A DNA stretch of 64,000 bases from an uncultured bacterium. GTDB taxonomy: Bacteria; Patescibacteriota; Gracilibacteria; Absconditabacterales; Absconditicoccaceae. The DNA lies in contig CAUQBS010000004.1 of the NCBI GenBank assembly GCA_963516485.1, positions 869 through 64,868 on the forward strand, given 5' to 3'. The translations under genes and the position numbers were made by a program. Position 1 is the stretch's first letter, and the number at the start of each line of letters is the position of its first letter. Below the pieces are notes generated by a model. The model saw only the letters and a list, made by a program, of their open reading frames with translations. It did no database searches and was not told where the DNA came from. Below are positions 1-12,190 of the stretch, in pieces.

Positions 1-426
1 TGCTTGAGTGGTAGTTGGCTGAGTTGTAGTTTCAGGATTTACAACAGTTACGCTTTGCAAAAATGCGATTACTTGGCTAAGATTGTTTTCCAAGATTACA
101 ACTCTATTTTGAAGACTAGCTACTTCAGCTTGTAGTGAAGGAGATTCCTCATCAGCAGAAAGGTTCCCCGTTCCTGTGTTTACGCTACTACCAGTAGTTA
201 CAAGGTTAGAATTCTGATCTTGTGTGGTTTGGACAGTGTTTACTTGATCTTCTACAAGATTTCCCTTGTGGTACTCACTTACAAAGCTTTCTTTAGTCGC
301 AGCTGGCAAAACAGCGTTTAAAAATTGGGCTGCATGTTTTGGATAGAAAAAACTTGCAATCCATAGCCCTAATACAACGAGCATCCAAAATAGGGTAGTG
401 AAGAAAAGTGTTTTAAAGATTTTCAT
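1..426 (-). CDS. hypothetical membrane-anchored protein (C-terminus runs off the window)
   Basis: ATG at 426 on the minus strand. N-terminus MKIFKTLFFTTLFWMLVVLGLWIASFF looks like a TM anchor, followed by a Thr/Gln/Asn-rich tail. Frame stays open to position 1. Confidence 0.5.
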   Translation of the reverse strand, partial: MKIFKTLFFTTLFWMLVVLGLWIASFFYPKHAAQFLNAVLPAATKESFVSEYHKGNLVEDQVNTVQTTQDQNSNLVTTGSSVNTGTGNLSADEESPSLQAEVASLQNRVVILENNLSQVIAFLQSVTVVNPETTTQPTTTQA

Positions 427-449
427 GATATTTTTTTTAAGGATAAAAA

Positions 450-1433
450 CTAGTTCAGCGCTTCAAAATCTAATGGTTCAGGCGCCTCAAAGCTGAGCAT
501 CTTCCCATCCAAATCTTGAAACTGATACTTCCAACAGTGTAATAATTGTCTTTGAATATGCAACTGTTTATTTAAGATTCTATTGATTACTGGCTTCCCA
601 TAAATGAGATCTCACAAAACAGGATAATTCTCGCTAGAGAGGTGTATTCTGATCTGATGCATTCTACCACTATAGAGTTTTACTTTAACAAGTGATATCT
701 CTCATAAAAGAGGGTGCTTTTTGCTCTTTACTAGCCAACATTCAGTTTGTGAATCAAGACCATCACTCTCGTTGAGCTGCATCTGAGCCCTTGCAAATTT
801 AGAATTATATGTTTTTTCAATAGCCTTATCAATCATCAAATGTTTTGGAAATTTCCCTGCCACATAGGTCAAATAGTTTTTACTAATTGCTCTTTCTCTA
901 ATGATACGATTGATATATTGCAGCGCTTCATAATTCTTAGCAGCGATCAAGACTCCGGACGTATCTTTATCAAGTCTATATCCAAAAGAAGGCTTAAAAA
1001 CCTGATTTTTGTTGGTATATCATTGCTTTTCACAGTATCGCTCAAGATAGTCATTCATACAAAGATCATTCCAGTGTTTATTGCTCGGATGAAGCACAAT
1101 CCCAGCTGGTTTATTGAATACGAGCCAATTTTCATCTTCATACAAAATCCAGGTATGAAGCTCGTCAATATCAATTTTCTTGAGTTTTCTTTCTTTTTGG
1201 CTTAGCATTAGATTTTTATCTTTCTTTCCCAAGAGTTCCTCTGAAAATTCCAAAATATCTCAGAGAGAAAGTCTGGTTTCTTCTTTAACTCTTTTCCCAT
1301 TTAATCTGACTTCTCCTTTACGAATTCGAGAATAAATATCGGAAAGTCTTACTTGTGGATAGGGTTTACAGTATTTTCTCAAAAATCTATCACATCTTTG
1401 ATTTGCTTGATTTTCGTTGATAATGATTTGCAT
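450..1433 (-). CDS. RluA-family pseudouridine synthase with N-terminal S4-like domain (RluC/RluD-like)
   Basis: Joining the track ORFs 702-950 and 1020-1253 through in-frame TGA gives 327 aa. Motifs: ILYEDENWLVFNKPAGIVLHP, GYRLDKDTSGVLIAAK, GRMHQIRIHL. Confidence 0.8.
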
Positions 1434-1633
1434 TGCCTTTATTGCGACTAAAACACCTCATAGTCTATGGAAAATCCCCTTTACTTCAAGCGAAAGTAAA
1501 AAATATAACCACGGCAAAATAAAAACTTGATTTGTCAAGAGATAATCCTATAAAAGACAAAAAAAATCTGACTTTTATCTTTTTTTAACTATACTTATTC
1601 TAAAGACTTTTTATCTTGTTGTAGCGTTTCAAC

Positions 1634-4600
1634 ATGGCAAGACCTAACGGAAACAGAACGCCTCGCTCTCCACACGAATCTGCATACAAATCTCCAGAGA
1701 ATAGAGCTCTACTTTGAGCGAATCTTTTGCCAGTAGTTCAAGATCTCTTTAATATCCTTAGATCTCCAGATCCAACACAAAATATTGATGCGTTTACTAG
1801 TGATCTAGAAAATAAAATTGATGTGAATGCTGATAGAGGAATTCTTACCCAGATTTCTGCTACAAATTCTATTAATTTTTCATTTCTCTCTACCGAGGTG
1901 ATTCACTTAGATGAAATTAAAACGAGTGATCTTACAAATATCCCTGGTCTTCAGGATCCAAATCTACCCCGTACTTTTGAAACAGCATTAGTTAAGCTTA
2001 TCAAAAATAAGCTCTGATCTGCTGTGCCAGGAGCGGTAAAAAGGCCTTTTAACCAAGCAATCAGCTATCATACTACTTTGATCCCACTGATCAATGCTAT
2101 TGAGCAGTTCGCAGATACTTTCAACAAAGAATCAGAGAAAAATGAATATAAAAAGCTGATTTCAGATTTTAAGTTTACCTACGAAGATATCAGGCAATCA
2201 CTAGCATCAGAGGGATTTGATACTTCAGCTTTGCAAACTGCAAACTTTCAGTCACGAACTCCAGACCAAAAGAAACTTTTTGATACAATGTTGAGTAGAA
2301 CTGTAGTCAAAAGACTCCAAAATCGTGTGAACCTCATGGATAGACTTATCACTGATACGAAAGATGTTTTCAATAATGTTTTGCCTCCATTTCATGTGAT
2401 TTTTAATCAGTATCCTTTTGATAGAGAGCAGTTAAAAGTCAAGTATCCAACCGAATTTCAGGATATTGAGCAGATGGAAACTCAACTCTCTACAGAAGAA
2501 TCAGAAGAAGGTCGTAAGCTCTTAAGTGCACAAATTGAGCAAAAATTTCGAGAAATATATCTTCATGACTTGCAGATATCGAAACCAATATTAGCTAATA
2601 CTCTACAAAAACTTTATACTCATCAGTTTGATTTCTCTACACTAACTCCAACTGAATCTTCAGAACTCTTTTCTGAACTCGCAAAAATGAGACTTGAGCA
2701 AATGCTTTCTGAGACTCAAATCAGAGAGATATTTGACCTTAATGTTGCAAATTTTGAACACTTTTTTATGAATCTTTTTGATTTGAATAGTTCAAATTTG
2801 CAAATTGGAGGATATAGCTTCCCGATACAAAAAACTGTTCTTGGTGGAGCGAGATGATCTCTCACTTCTCCGTGGGATATGCTCAGCGAGAAAGACCTCC
2901 CTCTTGAATTCAAAATTTCAGGTCTGAATAGTGATCAAATCAGTCTAGAAAACCGTCAAATGATTCAAAAACTTTTTAAAAACCAGATTTCTGATGATTT
3001 AGATTCTGTAGTTTTAAAGGGGAAAGAAATTTGAAAACTGATATACCTCTATTTGATGGGGAAGTGAGATATTTTGGATATTTATAATCCAAGAAATGCC
3101 AAGCCGCTTCTTGATACATTTACGGGAAAAACCGATGTAGACCCAAATAAACCAGCAATTTATAAGCCAACTAGAGAAGAACCTCCAAATCCAGAGAATC
3201 CAGAAGAGTCAGAAGGAACTCCTTTAGGAAAAATATTCTCAGCCCGAGATGCTATGGCAGGAGAAACATCTGAAGATCCAGATCATGGACTTAGACCTTG
3301 AGCTATTATTTATTTCTCGAAAAAGGACAGTTTTTTGCCGCCATATGGGGATCCAAGTAAGGAATGGGTTAGAGCTGAGATTACAAGTGTTGATCTCAAT
3401 GAGGTGGATCCAAAAATTATAGTAAAGTTTTATGGAACTGAAATGTCACTTTGAGTAGAAGAGGGAAAGGAGCTTACTTTTAGTCAAAAAGATTTTAAAA
3501 ATTTAACCTCCAAGGGATGAGGGGGGCAGCTTTCTACAGATTCTATTAGACTGCTTGGTCCCAAAAGAACTTTTAAAGAGGCACAAGAAGCTTTCTCTCA
3601 AGCAGGTATCAAACCACAGATTCTTGAACAGATGCAGTTTGAAAACGGAAAATTTGTTATGGATGTAAGTGATGAAAATTGAAAAGTGAGTAAGCAAGAG
3701 GTAAGTTATCTGGTAACTACTGATGAAGTTCCAGACCCAAACGGTTCTGCAATGAAAAAAAATCTTGTAATCTATAAAATCAAGCCGAATGCTGATGGAA
3801 CAGTGATGGTCGAGTCAAACTTGCTGGATATGGAGTGAGAAGAGAAGAGATATGAGAGGAAGATGTCGTATTCAGATTTTCTCCTTTTCCTCAATGAAAA
3901 AAATCTCACACCAAAAACCGAAAAACAGGTTAAAGCTGATCAAAAAGCATTTGAGGACATTCCATCCACTACCAAGAGAAACTGGAAGCGAGTTAGTGTG
4001 CAGTCTATGATCTATAGTATCAAAAATGTCTGGAAAAATTTGACCTCAAAGATTGATGAATATTATAAGGAACAGGACGAAGCTTGTCTTGATTGGTTAG
4101 TATCAAGTGTTGGAATTTATAAAATGGTAGGTAATAGCCTCTCTTGGATTCCATCGGTAAAATCTGCTGCAGATAAACTCCATTATGACCAACTTTCAAA
4201 AGCTGAAAAAAATACGCGAAAGTCTATTGAAGATTGGATTTGAAAGTTTAAGGGAATGCAGGATTTCTCTGCTTTATTTGAGACTGGAGTTGATCATCCA
4301 AGTGGAATGACCATTGATAGTGCTATTGGAAAAGGTAATACGCTCAAAAAAATCCTTCTCAGTGGGAAAAGTGTGGTTGAGGATGGAAGTTTGAGACCAA
4401 TTATGGCTGCAGCAATGATAGCTAATATTAGACAAGGAAAGGGGCTTTATCGTTGACTTTCAAATTATGATAACCAGGGACTTTGGGTGAAATGTCTTCT
4501 TGGAGATCAGCATCATCAAAGATATATGAAGATGAGGCAAGATGTACTTGATAGGATTAAGAAGCCAGGGACTCCAGACGCTGATCAGCTTCAAGATAGA

Positions 4601-6208
4601 CTCAAAAAATCTGAAATTGACTATATTGTAAATAATATCAATAATGCCAATGGAGGTCAGGATTTTGGATCTGTAAATGATGGGAATAAGCAAGTTCTCA
4701 AACAGCTGTATTCATCAAATTTTGCATGAGAACTTAATAATGCAGCAGATGAAGCCTTTTGAAAGAGAGCTATTGATGGTGCATATGGTAAAATTACTCA
4801 CAATAACTTTAATCTCGCGGCCTGAGATTTTAAAAGATTTATTAAATCCAGTAGAATTGAATCAGCCCTTGCAAATCTCAAAAAAATGGGAGATCTTGCA
4901 AAAAGTGAGCAACATAAGGATCAGCTCAAAATGGCACTTTCCTATATCACTTTGAGTGGTATAATGAACAGGTACGGAGATAAGAGTGTGAGAAAGTGGT
5001 TCGATGCACTCGCAAGAACTTATATGGTTCCGACTGCATTTTTTGCAAAAAAACGAGAAAATCAGCATAATGCATGGCATCTTTTAGATAAAGTGAATGC
5101 TGTTCCTCCCTTTAGAGAAGCTATGAAATCTAAGGAAGCGATAACTGAAAATTGACCAGCTCAAAAGAGCCTTCAGGAATCAGATTTTTCAATGAATGCT
5201 CAATCAGTTGAATACTGAGCTCTCTTGGATAAGCTTCGAGCTTGGTGGGGAAAAAATTCAGGAGAAATTGATAAATATTTTCTTGGTCTCAAGAGTCAAG
5301 GATCTTCTACAGATCCTATTGAGAGAAAGGTGCAAGATCAATATCGAGAGTCAAATAGAGATAATATCGATAATGATTGGGCCCAAAATTCTGCTATTAC
5401 AGGAAATTATGCACTTCTGGCTTCGCCAGCAGTGATTGAACAAAATAAGAGCTATGATAGAGATGGGTTTCGCGGTCAGAGTATTGATGAAAAAAATGAT
5501 AAAGCAGACTTTCGAAATAAGATTCGCTCTTCCCTTGAGTGTGCAGAGAGTATGGGGCCAGAATTCTTCCTTAGGCAGTTTCTGGTCTGGTTTAAGGACG
5601 ATGGTTTTTCCCCAACAAATTATCCAGAGATTGTTTCTTGGATATATACTGCAAAGGCGGTCGCAGAAAAAAAAGGCTGAGATTTGTCGTTTGGGATGCC
5701 TGGAAAAAAATGAGACATAGTAAAAATCAAATGAGGTTATCGTGACAGTGATGTGAGAGATATTCTGTATTATCTTTTTAAATGAAATGTGTTGAATGCT
5801 AGAGGATATCCGCCTCCAACTGAATTTGAAAAAGTGCTAGACTTCTTTGTTAGGTATTTTACTGATAATCTGAATAAAATTAACGATAACGTACTAGCCT
5901 CAGTTTTTTCTGAGAGCGATCTTAAAGCATGAGAAGCCAAAAAATATTCACTCGTTCCTCGGGATGAATATAATGCAAAAGTTGATAAAAATTCGCTTGA
6001 GAATTTTTGAAATACAGATAAAAAAATATCTGATGAGGATAAGCGAAAGGCGAGGTTTTATAAAGATGAAAATCTTTTCCTTAATTCAAAACTCGTTAGA
6101 CTTGAAAAGGCACTGCTTGGAAAAAGAATCAATCCTCCAGTGCTTTCATGAGCTGATCAAAATATCTCAGCTGCTATCTTTAGTGATATGTATGGTGGAA
6201 ATAGATAA
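1634..6208 (+). CDS. giant hypothetical protein (1524 aa), no recognisable domain
   Basis: A single frame (start mod 3 = 2) links track ORFs 1727, 2024, 3074, 3863, 4256, 4487, 4886 and 5225. It is interrupted only by TGA codons. The first TAA is at 6206-6208. Confidence 0.7.
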
Positions 6209-6363
6209 AAACAAAAAAAACTGAAAAAAGAATCTTCTCTTTCCTTTGAAGGTTCTTTTTCTTTCTTTATTTAATCAGACTTCTCTAACCTTTCACTTGC
6301 ATTCTGCTAGCAAATAACTATACTCGAAATTAGCTTATTTTTTTATTGCTTATATGTTAAGAA

Positions 6364-6738
6364 ATGCTAGATTTTATCTATGATAGTCTTGATACTGTCA
6401 AAAAATTAAAGTTCCCTACATTCAAGCAAATTACGAGATTGACCCTTGGGATTTTTGCACTTGTGATTATTGCTGGGCTTTATCTTATCTTAGTGGATAC
6501 GATTTTCTCTGATGGGTACAAGGGGTTTTATGCTTTGATGACAAACCAATCTCTAGACTCTCAGCAAACTAATGGAGGACTGATCTCAGGAAATACTAAT
6601 ACTTTCTCTGGAATTGATCTCTCAAATATTCAGGCGGCAGTAGTATCATGAACTGCAGAAACTTGAGTTCAGGAAGCTTGAGTCGCTCAAGTAGCTGAGT
6701 CTACAGGGGCTGTTCAAACTACAGGAACTCAAAACTAG
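6364..6738 (+). CDS. secE: preprotein translocase subunit SecE with extended C-terminal tail
   Basis: SLDTVKKLKFPTFKQITRLTLGIFALVIIAGLYLILVD matches the SecE pattern (KV-WP plus one TM). Lies immediately upstream of nusG. Three in-frame TGA, TAG stop at 6736. Confidence 0.65.
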
Positions 6739-6780
6739 TACTATTAACGCTAAATAAAATCAGTTTTATCTATTCTTTTT

Positions 6781-7368
6781 ATGCTTATGCAAAAAGAGGT
6801 AAATACCAATGAAATAAAAAAACAAATTGAGGACAATACGTATAGATGGTATGTACTCAGTGTAACTTCTGGTCAAGAAGCACTTGTAATTGAAAATCTT
6901 CAGGAAAGAGTAAACAAGCAAGGGCTATCAGAGGATGTTGTTGATTACCTTAGCCCACTTGTGAGTGAGGTTGTGATGAAGAAATGAGAAAAGGTAGTCA
7001 GACAAAAAAAGCTCTACCCTGGATATGTCTTCTTTAAGTCAAAGATGAATGATAAAATCTGGTATGTTGTGAGAAATACACCAGGTGTGAGACTTATTGT
7101 AGGAGCTGAGACAAAGCCGATTCCTTTGACAGATGAAGAATTTGCTCAAATGCAAAGCCAAATCCAGCAAGCTCAGGAAAGATCAGAGTTGACAATCCCT
7201 TATAAGGTTGGTGATGTAGTACTTTTAAAACATTGAGATTTTAAAGGTATGAAATGAAATATTAAAGAAATTGATGCAGAAAAGTGAGTAATTGTGGTAA
7301 ATGTTGAGATGCTTGGTAGACTCACTCCTGTGGCAATTGATGCCGATAAGGTAGAACTCACCAATTAG
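6781..7368 (+). CDS. nusG: transcription termination/antitermination factor NusG
   Basis: WYVLSVTSGQE, KK[TGA]EKVVRQKKLYPGYVFF (TGA falls at the conserved Gly), WYVVRNTPGV, and a KOW-like C-terminus. Conserved secE-nusG-rplK context. Confidence 0.85.
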
Positions 7369-7390
7369 TTATTTATCTCCTTGATAACCT

Positions 7391-8107
7391 ATGGAGAGAG
7401 AAAAAAAACTTGTATCACTTTGTTTGTGTATCTTGTTTATAGCGTTTATTGTGGTGTATTCATTGCTGTATCAGGTAAAGGGGCAAGAACTCTTGGCTAA
7501 GATGCAGGCAGATTTGGAAAAAAAGACGATACAAACCTGAACAACACAAATATCTACAGGAGAAACTCAGATTTTCTCTTTGGAGCTTGACAAAGTGAAT
7601 ACTGGCAGTAGTACTGCCGAATTAACTTCGTGAGTGAATAACTCAAATATTGTGACTACTGGAGCTGATGCAAAGCCAGTAGTTGAGGAGCAAAATCAGA
7701 ATGCTTCAACTGATGATGCTTCAAATCCTCAGGAACAAGAATTCCTTATGCTTTCAGGGACTGACCTTTACTTTTGAGTAGTGGATAGTTTTGAAAAGTT
7801 GGGACTTAATCCTGAATATATTCTGAAAGATCGTAGAGAAATCTATTATGCTTTCTTTGATAAAGAGCCTACAGATCTCAAAAAAACAGTCCAAAAGCTG
7901 GGTGGAAACATCTATGTGATGGCTACTGAATCTGAGATCCTGAAAAATGAGCTCTTTTGAAATAAGATTAGCTATATCAATCTTCCAGAATATAAAACCA
8001 AGCTTGTTGTACTGCTTTTGGAAGTGGATCAGAAGTATCGATTGCTTCAGATACCATATTCAAAGTATCATACAAGTAAATCGTACTTAAAAACTTTATT
8101 TATCTAA
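7391..8107 (+). CDS. hypothetical membrane-anchored protein inserted between nusG and rplK
   Basis: MEREKKLVSLCLCILFIAFIVVYSLLY TM anchor. 238 codons with 4 in-frame TGA, TAA at 8105. Absent from the ORF track because every TGA-bounded fragment is under 60 aa. Confidence 0.5.
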
Positions 8108-8120
8108 TGTAAACAACATT

Positions 8121-8561
8121 ATGGCAAAAGTACAGAAAATTCTTAATATCGAAGTTCCAGCTGGAAAGGCTACTCCAACTCCACCGCTTGGACCTATGCT
8201 TGGAGCAAACGGAGTAAATATCGGACAATTTACAAAGGAATTTAACGAAAAGACTGCTGATTTGATGAAACAATTTGGTGGAATTGAAGTTAAGATCAAG
8301 GTAAAGTTGACGGTATTCGTAGATAGAACTTTTACAATGGAAATTGGTGCGCCAATTACCTCAGGTCTTATTAAATGGAGAATAAGTCAAAACCTTGGTT
8401 CAGGAGAGCCAAACAAGAAAAAGGTTGGAAAGCTGACTCTAGCTGATCTAGAAGCTATCTATGAACTTAAAAAATCAGATCTTAATGCTAATGACAAAGA
8501 AGCAGCATTCAAGATTATCGCTGGAACAGCAAGAAATATGGGAGTTGATGTTGAAATGTAA
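8121..8561 (+). CDS. rplK: 50S ribosomal protein L11
   Basis: IEVPAGKATPTPPLGPMLGANGVNIGQFTKEFNEKT is the L11 signature. No TGA codon. Confidence 0.95.
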   Translation: MAKVQKILNIEVPAGKATPTPPLGPMLGANGVNIGQFTKEFNEKTADLMKQFGGIEVKIKVKLTVFVDRTFTMEIGAPITSGLIKWRISQNLGSGEPNKKKVGKLTLADLEAIYELKKSDLNANDKEAAFKIIAGTARNMGVDVEM

Positions 8562-8605
8562 TCAGCATTTTATGCCTTTTGACTAATTACTATTTACTAT
8601 TTACT

Positions 8606-8797
8606 ATGGAGACACTTAAAAAGTATCTTCCCTACATTATCTCAATACTGATGATGGTGGTTGGGGGAATTGTGAAATGGCAATATAAACAGTCAAAACA
8701 TGACTCATTTCGAGAACATCAAGATCAGAGTATGAGCAATCTCAAGGAATCATTAAGAAACCTTGGGTCTTGAAATACTACCGTGAGAGCAAAGTAG
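8606..8797 (+). CDS. possible small single-TM protein in the rplK-rplA spacer
   Basis: METLKKYLPYIISILMMVVGGIVKW..., one in-frame TGA, TAG at 8795. It could instead be a non-coding L1 leader. Confidence 0.3.
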
Positions 8798-8861
8798 CAC
8801 TCGCTAACCGGGAGATACCTCGTATCGTTTGAACCGATTTTATTCTTATTCAATTATAATC

Positions 8862-9539
8862 ATGAAACACGGAAAAAAGTATGTAGAAGTGAAAAAGCTT
8901 GTAGAAAAGACAAAAATGTATCCTTTGACTGAGGCTGTTGAGCTTCTTAAAAAGGTGAATTATGCTAAGTTTGATGCAGGAATCGAAATTGCTGTAAAGA
9001 CTAACGCTAATCCAAAGTACAACGATCAAATGCTTAGAGCTACTACAATCCTTCCTCACGGAACTGGAAAAACTAAGAAGGTAGCTGTATTCATTACAGA
9101 AGACAAGGTTGATGAAGCGAAGAAGGCTGGTGCTGATATCGCTGGGCATGATGCTCTTCTTAAGGATATTAAAGAAGGGAAGACTGACTTTGATGTTTTG
9201 ATTACAACTCCAGAATTGATCAGAGATTTGGCTCCAGTAGCTAAACAACTCGGACCAAAGGGACTTATGCCATCTCCAAAGGCTGGTACTGTAACAATGA
9301 ATATTGCTCAGGCAGTTGAGGAAACTAAGAAAGGTAAGATTGAATTCAGACTTGATAAGACTGGAAACATTCACGCTCTTGTTGGAAAACTTTCGTTTGA
9401 TAATGCAAAACTTATCGAAAATATTGAATCTTTGATGAAAGCTATTGAAGAAAATAAGCCAACTGGAGTTAAAGGAAAGCTTGTAAAGAAAGTAGTTATC
9501 GCTACTACAATGAGTCCAGGTGTACAGGTTGAATACTAA
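8862..9539 (+). CDS. rplA: 50S ribosomal protein L1
   Basis: MKHGKKYVEV..., TILPHGTGKTKKVAVF, GPKGLMPSPKAGTVT. The ATG at 8862 is preferred over the TTG at 8829 used by the track. No TGA codon. Confidence 0.95.
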   Translation: MKHGKKYVEVKKLVEKTKMYPLTEAVELLKKVNYAKFDAGIEIAVKTNANPKYNDQMLRATTILPHGTGKTKKVAVFITEDKVDEAKKAGADIAGHDALLKDIKEGKTDFDVLITTPELIRDLAPVAKQLGPKGLMPSPKAGTVTMNIAQAVEETKKGKIEFRLDKTGNIHALVGKLSFDNAKLIENIESLMKAIEENKPTGVKGKLVKKVVIATTMSPGVQVEY

Positions 9540-9759
9540 TAATTGAGAATATAAAAAGAGGAGAAATCAGATTTCTCTTCTTTTTTGTTTGCTTATCGTA
9601 AGTTGTTCTAAAAGATTCTTATCGCGAGGCTCACTTTGTAAACTTTGCCTCGTTAATATGCATGCTCCCGCAATGATAGTCTGTTTTTCAACAACGATTT
9701 TTTTGACAAATAAAAGAATCTGGCTATACTTAAGCAACCTTTTATTCATTCAAAAAATA

Positions 9760-11358
9760 ATGAAACAAAAAACAGGATTAAAATCTACAAAAACAATTAA
9801 AACAACAAAAAAACAAACAAAAAAATCAGATTTTTCTTCTCTTTCTCAAAATAGAGAGAGTTTCTTTCAAGCGAAAGCTAATATTCTTGATATTAGAGAT
9901 GGAGAGAGACTTATCGTTCTCCTAAACCTAGAACAAGCAACAGCTTTTGGGATCAATCTTCACGATAAAGTAACACTCAAAAGACAAAATGGAGAGAGTA
10001 TTGTAGCAGATGTAGCCATTTCAGATACTGTTCCAGCTGGAGAAATTGGAATCTATCTTGATATTCTTGATAAGATAAAATTTACCTCAAATGAGGTAAT
10101 CTCTGTAGCGTTGGCTGAAAGCTCAACTGCTTCGTATGACGCTATTAGAAAGAAGATGAGAGGAGAAAAAATCTCCTATGAAGAAATGTATTCCATTATT
10201 AAAGATATTTCAGAAAATAAGCTTGATGATACAATGATGACGTATTATGTTGCATCAAGTTTCTTCTACCCAACTACTGATGAAGAGATGTATCTGACAG
10301 CAAAGGCGATGGCTGAATGTGGGGTAACCTTTAAATATCCAAAAGGAGAGATTATCGCAGATAAGCACTGTATTGGTGGAGTGCCAGGAAATGAAACAAC
10401 GATGGTCCTGATCCCACTTATTGCGAGTCTTGGAATTAAAATTCCAAAAAACTTCTCTAAATCAATCACCTCTCCTGCTGCAACTGGTGAATGTGTAAAT
10501 GTGCTGATGGATATCAACTTTGATAAGAAAGGAATTGAGAAGCTAGTGAAGGAAGAAGATTGTTGTTTAGTGTGGGGAGGATCATTAGATCTTGCACCTG
10601 CTGATGACAAGCTCATTAAGGTGCAGTATCCACTTTCTATGCAATCTAGAGCCAAGGTGGTGAGCTCAATTATGGCAAAAAAATATGCAATGGGAATTAC
10701 TCATTCACTTATTGATATTCCAGTTGGGCCAACTGCAAAAGTTACGACGATGGAGGAGGCGAAAGACTGGAAAAAGAAGTTTGAATATGTAGGTAAAAAA
10801 CTCTGAATGAAGATGTCTGTCGCAATTACCAAGGCTGATGAGGTGATTGGAAATGGAGTAGGAGCTGTTCTTCAGGTAAGAGAAGTACTTAGAATTCTCC
10901 AGCAACATCCAGAGAGAGCAAAAGATCTTGAAGATAAGGTACTTTACCTTGCTTCAAAAATTATTCAAGATGTAGGTCTTGCAAAAGGTAAAAAGGCTCT
11001 TGAGTTAGCAAAAACTCAGCTTACTTCTGGAAAAGCTTGGCAAAAGATGCAATCTATTATCAAGGCTCAGCACGGAGACCCAAAAATTACTTCAGAGACA
11101 TTGAAACTCTGAACTCATACTTACGATATTCTCGCAACCAAGGACGGTCAGATGAAGGTGATTAACCTTCATGATGTCAATGCAATCTGTAGAAAGCTTG
11201 GATGTCCAGTAATCAATGAAGCAGGAATGTATCTTTACAAAAAGCTCGGTGATAAGGTGAAAAAATGAGAAAAGATCGCAACGCTTTATGCGCTTGATGA
11301 TACGAAACTTGATCTTGGAATCGAAAGATTCAAGGAGAGAAGTCCATTTGAATATTAA
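9760..11358 (+). CDS. AMP phosphorylase (archaeal-type thymidine phosphorylase family, DeoA-like)
   Basis: 532 aa after joining ORFs 9589, 10807 and following pieces through TGA. N-terminal extra domain (ILDIRDGERLIVLLN...). Motifs HCIGGVPGNETTMVLIPLIASLG, CLVWGGSLDLAPADDKLIK and SSIMAKKYAMG closely resemble Thermococcus AMP phosphorylase. Confidence 0.85.
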
Positions 11359-11381
11359 GATAGACACAATAATAAAAAAAG

Positions 11382-11410
11382 AAAGCCTGAATCAGTTCAG
11401 GTTTTTCTTT
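11382..11410. terminator. bidirectional intrinsic terminator between the AMP phosphorylase gene and the lepA N-terminal gene
   Basis: AAAGCCTGAA-TCAG-TTCAGGTTTT hairpin flanked by A and T runs. Confidence 0.6.
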
Positions 11411-11472
11411 TTACTTTTCTTCTCAGCCAACAAAAAAAGAGAAAAATACTCCCTTTTTTTATGTTTATCATA

Positions 11473-12045
11473 TTATAGTCAGAATTTTTTTGGATTTTTG
11501 AGCTTAAATTCCCTTGGTGAGAGGAATCTCTCAATAATTGCATCGAGGACCTTATCTACATTCTCTCCTGTTTTCCCAGATACACAGATCACTTCGTCTT
11601 TTGAGAGTCCAATCATATTTTCAATTTCTCCAGCAACTCTATCTGGATTCGCAGCGGGGAGATCAATCTTGTTCAAGACTGGGATAATATCTAGCCCCTG
11701 ATCAATTGCTTGATACAGTGTTGAAAGCGTTTGAGCCTGAATTCCCTGAGAGGCATCAACCAACAAAATCGCCCCTTCAACCGCAGCTAGTGAACGAGAC
11801 ACTTCGTACTGAAAATCAACGTGTCCCGGAGTATCAATAAGATTAAGTTCGTAGCCCTTCCATTGCATTCTAGCTGGCGTAAGCTTGATCGTAATTCCTC
11901 TTTCCTGTTCTATATCCATACGATCCAAAACCTGAGAATGATTGAGTTTTCTCACAGTCCCAGTGATTTCAAGCATTCTATCTGCTAGTGTAGATTTCCC
12001 ATGATCAATATGCGCGATAATACAAAAATTCCTAATCTTGTCCAT
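11473..12045 (-). CDS. lepA: elongation factor 4 (LepA), N-terminal GTPase domain only (190 aa)
   Basis: [44 protein letters not shown] Shine-Dalgarno sits upstream. The protein ends ...[21 protein letters not shown](TGA)-L-TAA, exactly at the G-domain/domain II boundary. Confidence 0.9.
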
Positions 12046-12190
12046 CTTTTCCCTCAGGTGCAAAAAAATTAAAAATCTGATTTTCCTTCCCTTTTTGTCT
12101 CTATAATCTATCGTTTTCCTAGATAAAAACAAGTGTTTTTACTCCACGCAAAAGAGACCTGAGACTTTCTCTTCTTCGTTAAAATTAATC

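Noticed and set aside
8850-9374. 174-aa ORF antisense to rplA. Similar long antisense ORFs occur at 10266-10655, 25797-26093, 31648-32022, 39779-40264, 41076-41327, 52954-53322 and 60093-60461.
   Set aside because: Each lies opposite a confidently identified conserved gene or RNA. 39779-40264 even spans the tRNA-Arg. They have low-complexity or hydrophobic mirror-frame composition.
9589-9759. N-terminal extension of the AMP phosphorylase ORF from the TTG at 9589.
   Set aside because: The extension runs through the rplA terminator-like palindrome and has Cys/Leu-rich nonsense composition. Homology to AMP phosphorylase begins after the ATG at 9760.
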